From NCBI GenBank assembly GCA_051362555.1, contig CM120647.1:5146001-5210000 (forward strand): a stretch of 64,000 bases of DNA. The letters run 5' to 3'. The DNA comes from Lingula anatina. Lineage: Eukaryota > Animalia > Brachiopoda. Positions 54,803-64,000 of this stretch are shown here, piece by piece. Below the pieces are notes generated by a model. The model worked only from the letters and a program-made list of their open reading frames with translations. It had not been told where the DNA came from and ran no database searches. The first letter of the stretch is position 1. Each line of letters starts with the position of its first letter. Made by a program: the position numbers and the translations under genes.

Positions 54803-56710
54803 TACCTCCCCCCAGAACATGGAAAACATTTACTAAAATTAAATTAATATAATCAATTATTGAAAATTTTCCCGGCTTTTTAACTATTCTACCGGAACGT
54901 GTTTTAATTAAAGAAGGTGAAAGACATGTCTCTGGTTTTGTTTGTGGATTCACTGTCTGATTGTGCACTAAAACCGGATTGCTATAAGCTGGTTTAAGTC
55001 TGTCAACCGAGACACGAATTGTTTGTCCATTCCTTAAAATATCAAAATATTTGTCGGAACGTGAAATGACAAGGTAAGGACCATCATATGGTCTAATCAA
55101 TGTACCTCGATGAGCATCATGTCTTACATATACATGTTCAGCTTGTTGTAAGTCAACCGGTACATATGTACAAATCTGCCCATGTCTAGATGGAGGAGCA
55201 GGAGCCAATTTCTGCATTGTTTGTTGAAGTTCTTGCACAAATTAATTGTTAGGAAGAAATTTGTCATCAGTAGTGTTCGGAATAAAGTCACCAGGTACTC
55301 TTAAATTTGTACCATAGGTAAGAAGTGCTGGTGATGCATCAATGTCCTCTTTCCATGTTGACCGGATACCTAGTAATACAATTGGTAACTGGTCCATCCA
55401 TCTTGCATTGTCTAAACGTGTTTTGAGGGCTTCTTTCAATCTGCGATGAAATCTTTCAACCATGCCATTGGATTGTGGATGATAGGCTGTTGTTGTGTTA
55501 GGTTGAATGCCAAGCACCTTGTTAAGCTCACGCCAAAGTTCACTTGTAAATTGTCTACCTTGATCTGATGTGATGGAGTCTGGAACACCAAACCTCGATA
55601 TCCATGATAATAAAATAGCTTTGGCACAAGTAACTGCTTCTGCATTCGGTAAAGGTACAGCTTCTGGCCACCTTGTAAACCTGTCAACAATTGTCAGAAG
55701 ATATTTGTTATTTTCTGAAGGAGGAAGAGGTCCAACCAAATCAACATGAATATCACCAAATCGTCTATCTGGTGGATCAAAGGTGTTTAACGGTGCTCTA
55801 GTGTGACGTGCAATTTTACTTGTTTGACAGGCATGACAAGATTTAACCCAATTACGAATGTCTTTTTTGAGTCCAGGCCAGATATAACGACTTGAAATGG
55901 CACGGATTGTTGGTTTTGTTCCAGGATGACAAAGATTGTGTATTGCCTCAAAAACGATCTTTGTCATTGAAGGTGGAACTACTGGCCGAGGTCGACTGGT
56001 TGTATCACAGAGAAGTTTAACCTCACCAAAGTTGACTTCCTTTAACTTCAAAGATCCTGGATTGGCACACAGTTCAACCATCTTAGTGTCAGTCTTTTGT
56101 GATGCTGCTAACTGTGTAAGGTCAATTGTCGGCATCGTAGCTGTGGGGGCAATAAGTGGCTCATCAGTTTCCACTGGGGCTCTGGACAGAGTGTCTGGGA
56201 CAATGTTATCAGTTCCACTGATATGTCGTATATCAGTTGTAAATTCAGCAATAAATGATAATTATGTCTCTTGACGTGGTGATCTAGCTGTCAGATGTAC
56301 TCTTGAACGCAAAAGTGAGAGGTTTATGATCAGTGAAAATGGTGAATGGTCTTCCCTCCAAAAATATCTGAAATGGCGGATGGTACTGTAAATTGCCAAA
56401 AGCTCACGGTCAAAAGTGGAGTATCGTTTCTGGGTAGGTGTGAGTTTTCTAGAAAAGAAAGCAATAGGTTTCCACATCCCTGATTGAAACTGGGAAAGTT
56501 CTGCTCCTATTGTGGTGTCAGAAGCGTCCACTGATGTCTTGGTTGCTGCCTGTGGTTCAGGGTGATGAAGCATAGTTGCAGAAGCAAGAGCAATTTTAGC
56601 ATCCTGAAATGCTAATTGGCATTCAGGGGTCCACTGCAAAGTCTTGGCTTTGCCCTTGGTAGCTTCAGTAAGAGGTATTATTCGATGTGCGATTCCAGGA
56701 AGAAAACGAG
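54803..56710 (-). mobile_element. Gypsy pol 3' half: RT end, RNase H, integrase, GPY module (frameshifted)
   Basis: RFLPGIAH; VDASDTTIGAEL..PIAFFSRKL..YSTFDRELLAIY; HNLCHPG..CHAC; HVDLVGPLP; TSDQGRQF; NGMVERFHR; PYDGPY. Confidence 0.95.
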
Positions 56711-58383
56711 GAAAGATTTATGTAGGCCGCCATGGAATAGAAATCGCAGAGGGGTGATTCGTTCGGACATAACACATAAAAAACAATATTGCTTTAGATA
56801 AAAAAGTATGCAGCAAATGACATAAGGTATAAACTAACTTGTAAACTTAGCATTGACAAAACTCATTGCTATAATAAAAGTTCGCTGTCTTTGCACTCAA
56901 AAACACATCAACATGTCAATTTGTTTGTACTCAACATGACTTAACAATCCCGGAAATTTGAAAATGGCACGTTGGGAATCACAAGCAGATAATCAATTAC
57001 GCTGTAAATAACAAAACCATGCACTGAGTGTCAGGGCACTATAAAGCTAGTTTGCTCACTATGCTTACCTTTTCATGGGGTAGCTTTACACTGCCCCAGA
57101 CGAATAGCAGAAATATTGAGTATCCGCCAATCACAGGAACTGTTCTGCAATGAGTCTTCAGTACGATGTCATAAGTCCAAAGTCAAACGTAAAGCACATG
57201 CACTTTTGCTTTATCCAATATCATTTACTGTATTTGAGACGTAACTTGACAGATTAATAATACAGTTTGAAAAGAAAATATATATACCAGATGTTTTTTT
57301 TTTTTTTTTTTCAACAAAACATTTGCTCCTGAAGATATAAACACAACTGACGTGTGCAAAGTTTGACAGCTACACTGTATACCTGATGACACTAAAATGA
57401 CTGCGCAATGGCTACACCAAAAATCAGTTTTTAAACCAGAAAGGTGCATGTGTTGCGGTACTGATTACATTCTTAGTTCAAACTTCAAACTCCGCTTCAG
57501 TCACTCTGTTTCTTTGTCTCGTCTGCAGTAGATGACGTCAGCTCCAGGCGGGACAGACAGCAGCTCCAGGCTGGACATATCTGTGACATACTGTACTTAG
57601 TTCGCAGATTACATGACCGTATCAGCTGCGGACGCCAACGACCCGGTCTACGGATACCACTCTTTACCAATACGGGCTACTGCATTTCTCGCGTTTGCAA
57701 GGGCTAAACAAGACAAAGTTCCGTCAGACATAAGTATTAAACCGACATTTTTTTTTTCCCTTGTGTTGTGTAACAAAAAGTAAGAAAGCGGGTGATAGCC
57801 AGGGAATGTTGGAGGGTGCACAGATAAAAATGAAATAACATAGTAATCTTCCAGTGTAGTTGCTACTACTGCAATAGAGAACGATGCGGGTAAATATTGC
57901 TGCAGCTAAAATGCTGCATAAATGGATTCTTACTGATGTAGCTCGATAGAAATAGTTATCAAACACATTGATCATACCAAATACTTGTGTATACCTAGAT
58001 ACGCAGCGGCTAAGACATGTCAGTGCCCCGGGCAACTGTTGTCACCGAGCCTTGGTCAGCTACCTAAAGGTCGAAATGTGCAGATTCAGCCTCCAAAGAC
58101 TATTCCCTATCAATATAATGTTTATGTATTTAATTGTTACTACCCCTAGTAATCTCTCCCTCCATAAATACAATTAATTATCTTATTTGTTCTTTTTAGA
58201 ATCATTTTATAATGTATATTCTAACGGTTTTATTACGTGATTTTATTATGTGAATTACTTGTGCGACTGCATGCATGCACTATATGTCTTTCACCCTGGT
58301 AATAATGAAGAGATGGTAATAAATGTTTATAGATATGGTTATATATGAATAGCTAAAAAATTAAAATTTGAAATAGAAAAAGA

Positions 58384-58423
<40 letters not shown>

Positions 58424-60546
58424 AGCTAACGACCTTTGTATCTGAAGCCATCATAAATATCTAGCACACAGCTTTGGCTATACAGCGTCGGGAGCAAATA
58501 AATTAATCTAAAAATATCTTTGGCAGTGTCACGTGATGAATAAGCTGGTTGCCAATCACTGTTATATTAACATATTTATATATACATATATTTTATCGCT
58601 GCTCAGTTATTCGCAAGTTGCCGTGGGTTCATTAGCCATCTAAGAAGACAGATAGCGTAAAGACAATCTATAGAAGAATACACAGTTATTCAAGTTATTC
58701 AAGTACAGCAAGATTCTTCTTGGTAAGTGTGGATTTTTAATTTTGCTGCATGCAATAGCAAATAGATGACTAACTCTGCTCAGTTTTCTGTATCGTTATA
58801 GAAAATATAAAGAGAATGGTTTCGGAATTCTTTCATCCGTGAGCGGGCCAAGTGAGGTAAACACTTGTCTTACTGGGCTTACTTTGTTTTTCTGGGTGTG
58901 ACTTTAGAAAGATTTAACCTAGTCTGTGCTACACGAAGTGGTGCTATCGTTTTAAGTGACAATTGATGAGCACCTTAAAATAGGGGAATAGCTTTGGGCT
59001 CGTCCAGCTGCATGCACTATTTACCCTGTGCTATATTTCTGAACATTTGCCTGTAGAACAGAGAAATATAAAGGTAGTTGGAGATGGTAGCTTTTGATGA
59101 AAAGAGATAAACATAGCTACATATGTACATTTTGCTCGAACAAAATGATAATTTGCAAAGTGTGAGTTATCTGTGCATTCGGCTAAATTAATTCGTGAAT
59201 ACAGAATCAAAGCTTAGGACTGGAGGAGAAGTATACCATTGTTTCTTTAATGCATTTTATATAATTTAATTCAATGTACATTGGTTATATGTAGCGTGCT
59301 TAAAACTAACACTGAGAACCTGAAGTTTGTGTATGTGTACTGCGTAATTTTGTGATGATAAATTAAAAAAATAAATAAAAACAATTGTAGAAGAAATGTT
59401 GCAAGTGTAAATAAGACCAGGGTGGCATGCATAGTAACTTCAGCTCACAGTTTATTTGCACGCATCCATGATGACGATGTATTATATGTACTTTACATGT
59501 GAAGTTAGGTCAAGTGTTGCGAAACCTAAATGACGTTACAACAAGCGTTTTAAAATATATATATGAAATGCATTTCTTATATATTAATATTCTACGACAA
59601 ACCTAAAAATCACGTCCTGTGCTGTAAATTAAAGTATAGTGTGGACTGAATAGTGACTGCTATTTTTATCGTTAAAACAACGACTAATGGAAACGCACAA
59701 CTCTCAATTCTATTATGGTTTAACGGTATATTATGCGGGTGCTCTTAATTACAAAAACAGCCGGCAAATCAAAGATCAATATTGACTGTTAGTTACCTTG
59801 ATCTGCATTAGCTGTGAGCGTTTTACCGAACTCCCTGTAACATCATGTAGTAGTTTGACTCAAAAATTTTGCCGTGTCCCACGCCCCAAACATTGTACTT
59901 TACAAAATTTAATTTAAAATGCAGCACGTTTTTTTCCTTCTTTACCACCATTAAATAAAATCCGTTCATTTACTTTTTTACAATCCATTTGGCTTTCTTT
60001 ACCTGAGCGCCATTATGTGAATATGCCACTAAATTAAAACCTGTCAATTTTGTACTCCACTATTGTTTCCCGGTTGTCTTGTCTTGTTTTCGTACTAGCA
60101 GAATATTTTAAAGGTTCATTAGTGTACGTAACTGCAGTAAAAGATGGGCAACATAAAGAGCCGTCAAATCAGCCAGGACTCACATTATAAAAAACCTTTC
60201 TAGTGGAGTATTAATTGTTTCAGCTCTTATGGTAAATGGTGACAATTGCATTTAAGACATTATTGCCAGCTTCAGTGAGCCCTCCACCCCTATAAGCTAT
60301 ATGAGTGTATTGAACATGGAAACGCAATGATTTCCGAACATAAAGAAAAATGGCGTTGATGACAGAGCGTAGTGGATTAATATAAAGTTTTTTTTTTAAA
60401 TAGGTCTAACAACCAAATGTTGATTTGCCCTCAGATTGTTCTGGTTACCACAGGACCAATCTTATTTACTTAACAAAATCAGTGTTAATGGCAAAGCATA
60501 TCTTCTTCATCATCACTTTTAAATAAATATCGTTGATATATAATTG

Positions 60547-60595
<49 letters not shown>

Positions 60596-61181
60596 GTTTC
60601 TTTTTTTATTTAATGTTTTTAATCTGAACGTCATTGGGTTCATAGCATGATTTCATTCTGTTTGGGAAATGATAACAGTCTTGTTTAACATTAGATTGCA
60701 CGCTGTAGTAGCCCCCTTCCTTTTAACATTGCAAGCTGCAGTGACCCCCACCCCACCGCCCTTTGAGCGACGTCTTTCATTTATTTTGAATGTTGTGAAA
60801 ATGGATGCACGTTTTTCTGAGAAACTGCATGAAGACAAAACCAAGCTTTGGTGACAACGATAGGGGTGTTATTGGAACTTTGCATTTATTTTAAGGTTTT
60901 TAATCACATTAGCTCTGATTAATATGGATTTTTACAACAGTGAATAGAATGTCTCAATTGCATATGCCTTACTAGTGCAATGGGAAGGCGGGTGGTTTTA
61001 TTCACTTTGACGTTAAAGAAATGATGTCACTTCAGTTTTAAAGGCATAGTGCTTAGCTTTTCTCGTACAATGAAAATGTAAATAACCCTTGAAAATACAT
61101 ATAGCATTGTATTAAGTTACATAGTTAAGTGTTAATTGCTCCTGAGCATATTCTGGACACCACTTATCCGCTCTTCACATA

Positions 61182-61220
<39 letters not shown>

Positions 61221-61465
61221 GACAGATAGTTTCCTGCCAAAGAGCTTGGTTACCAGCGTAATAAAGACCATAAGTCACTAAGTCTCGTTTCATAAAAAAA
61301 TTTAAAAGGGCGCTTAGCTGCAAGTCGACTAAGCTTAGCCTCCTCGGAAGTTGCCGTAAGTCTGCTAGCACCACTAAAACTCGATTAAGGAGAACACAAT
61401 CAACAGAACTTTGGAGAGTACATACCGTCAATGTATTGTGCTATAATATCTTGCTTGTTACTAGA
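56705..61465 (+). repeat. Paralogous downstream flank: copy of ~3623-4645 and ~6245-10000
   Basis: Continuous colinear similarity of roughly 85-92% by eye. It lacks ~4645-6245 and the MITE at 9698. Confidence 0.92.
59520..59810 (+). promoter_or_regulatory. Copy of the repeated module (ATGCGGGT 59733-59740)
   Basis: Duplicate of 7740-8010. Confidence 0.4.
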
Positions 61466-62999
61466 ATGTATTATTATTATTTATTTTTAATTTACTAAAT
61501 ATATTGCAACATCTATCGTGGGTTTGTTAATGCTTTAGACCGTTAGATGTCCGATGGCAACGTTCCAAGATAAGTTAATGCTTTACAGTTACTTTAACGT
61601 TATTCTTTCCTCACGCGATACGAAAATTTGACACATTAATTGTGGTAAATTGTCTACAATGTTTATCAATTCACACTTCTTTTAGCAAAACTATTAACAG
61701 GATTTTACACTCGCTAAAATGGAAATGGTTGGAAGCGATGTCCAGGGACAGCTAAAAGCAGACATGTTAAAATGTTATACTACTTGTCGCATGTTTTCTC
61801 ACAAATTCAATCTTTTTATAAAGGCTTATTTTAGGCAGTTATGCAATGATGACCATTAAAGGAAAACAATTTAAAGATAATTACCCCCTAACAGCTATAC
61901 TAGGCGTGACAGACATTTAAGCCGGTTACGTTGATAGCAATTTAGTGAGTCTCCCCAGCGAAGTAGATTGATCCAAATATCTGTGGGAAAGGTCCCTCAA
62001 ACGGTTAATTAACGAAGTTGGTGCTTTATCCCAGGCTACAAATTATCCATTCAACTGAAGTCTCTCCGGAAGAATTTGAAACCAATAATATTATGGTCTT
62101 CTTGACTCTTGCTGCCTGGGCGTCCTCGTATGCTTGCTTAGTGAAAAGATTTAAAAAAGCCGGCAGTGCACGAATCTCAGGTAAAGGCTGTGCAAGGTAA
62201 AATCAATTGTGCTAAGGAACACAAAGTAGTTATATGTGATATTTTACAAAGATTGTCCTTCTATGAGCTCCAGCACAACAGTCGCTGCACTCAGTTGTAA
62301 ATGTTTATCTACTGAGACTCTTTTGGTAAATGGTGACGCGTTGTTTAACATTAGATTGCAAGCTGCATTCCCCCCCCCCCCCCCCCCCCAGGATGAGATG
62401 TCTATCATTTATTTCAATGTGTGGAAAATGGATGCAAAATGTTTTTTTCTCAGAAATTGATGTAGAAGCCTACCGTTGATGGCAGAGCATAGGGGTATTA
62501 ATCGACCTTTGCCTTTTTATTTCGATCGCATTAGCATACAGACTTCGACTAATAGGGTTTTTCTACTACAGTAAATGTAATATCTTAAAGGCATATACCT
62601 TACTAGTACAATGAAAGATGGATGACTTATATATATATAATTATGTTTTATTTACTCGATATAATAGTCTGGGTATCACTAGGCCAATTTTATTTACTTC
62701 AGACAATCTATGCAATTGTAATGTAGTTTTTTCTTCATCTTTTCTGCAAAACTATTGTCTTTAATATGACCTTGCTACAATCGATGGTTTTATTCCTTGA
62801 TTCGAGTGACATTATGTCTGTGTGTATCTTAAGCTGCCAGTTAGTCCATGAGCTCCATAACCTCAGTCTTATATAGTTTACAAAAATATTTATTTCCTCT
62901 CTAATTAGTTTAAATTTGAAACTGATGTGTCACTCCACGTGTAGACAGGTGTATTACCTAATAACCACACAACTCTCGAAATAATTGATGCATGCAGTT

Positions 63000-63344
63000 T
63001 ATATTATCTGGTTAGAAATGTGAGAGGTGGTCTTCTCGGCAATTTCTGTCAATCTTCGGAGTGTATTTCGAGAAGCAACTAAGACTTGAGAATTGACAGC
63101 TACAGGTACCTTAGAGAAGATATGGTTCGACTGCTTAGTAACGCAGCTTAGTATGGGCTTCTTTCTCTCAGAGGAAACGGACAGTCATTGCCAGGCAATT
63201 CAACATTTATCTTGGAACCGTTAGTAAAGTCCTCCAATTAACGCTTCAGCAGGCCAAACTACTCCAAGACCTCGACCCGTGTGTCCTCACAACAAGAAGG
63301 CAGGGATGCCTTCTCCTTAGGCTGATGCGTGCTGGTCGTAAAAA

Positions 63345-63376
<32 letters not shown>

Positions 63377-63723
63377 AAGTGTCATGATAAGAGGGTAGCA
63401 GAGTGTGATTCAAACGCCCGTTTCGAGGTCTTTTGTGAACAAGAGATAACTGCAAGCCGGTTATTTTGCACGAAGACCAGTAGGGGAACCACCGTTAAAA
63501 GCAGGCTATATGCAGCGTCGTATGCAATGGGCTAGGGTCCAGGTGCGTTTGCAGCCAAATCCCTGGAATCACGTCGTTTTCAGTGATAAGGTCATGTACG
63601 GAGTTTTGGGGTTGACGATCTAATCCGTGCCCGCCGGCATGTACGAGAGGCATATAAGGTTGACTGTATACTGCCTAGGGTGCAAGCAGGGGGTGGTAGC
63701 GTCTCTTTCATGCCGGTGTCCAG

Positions 63724-63766
<43 letters not shown>

Positions 63767-63860
63767 CTAGAAGGCAACCTCAACCAGGATTCCTACAGAG
63801 ACATTCTACAGCAAACGATGACTGGACAAGCCAGATCCCTTGCAAAAATGCAGTCGATAA
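63000..63860 (+). mobile_element. Degenerate Tc1 transposase, N-terminal half
   Basis: HTH-like region, VFSD motif, and PRVQAGGGSV...EGNLNQDSYRDILQQ, interrupted by poly-A and poly-T tracts. Confidence 0.75.
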
Positions 63861-64000
63861 AAACCGTCGACAACAGATTTAAGCATTTATTTTGCTGTCG
63901 CTGAAGCACTTGTGTTAGCTCCAAGGGGAATTCTGTAATTACCTGCAGAGACGTATTTCTGCAATCTCGTGTTTCTTGAAGATCAATGAAATGCTACAGT

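Noticed and set aside
61700-62320. Coding-like stretch with short ORFs on both strands
   Set aside because: Multiple stops and no identifiable domain, so no call can be supported.

Overview
AT-rich, intron- and transposon-rich eukaryotic DNA, most likely from a marine invertebrate; the taxon cannot be fixed from the sequence. The main content is a tandem array of a secreted modular protein gene on the + strand that the ORF track misses because it is spliced. I reconstructed one apparently intact copy by hand: 16 coding exons at 19304..48818, all GT-AG with matching phases, 2124 nt or 707 aa. It encodes a signal peptide, an SHFR...CCW...DADGD.VRCRWA...YAVA..LEDF...VPLQ ectodomain resembling Dictyostelium Sib / invertebrate integrin-beta-like proteins, four thrombospondin type-1 repeats and a small Cys-rich C-terminal domain, with no transmembrane segment. 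The last three coding exons of a paralog lie at 155..1955, 46.9 kb upstream, and their downstream flank (to ~10 kb) recurs at ~56.7-61.5 kb. A ~270-bp module with a GCM-type ATGCGGGT site sits just upstream of the start codon and recurs four more times. The rest is transposon debris: a rearranged Gypsy with a tRNA-Trp PBS whose gag is split by a TTAA TIR element, BEL/Pao, Penelope, LINE and Tc1 fragments, MITEs, and long inverted-repeat elements filling the three largest introns. Coordinates were counted by eye. Repeat boundaries are approximate and family names are recalled, not searched.
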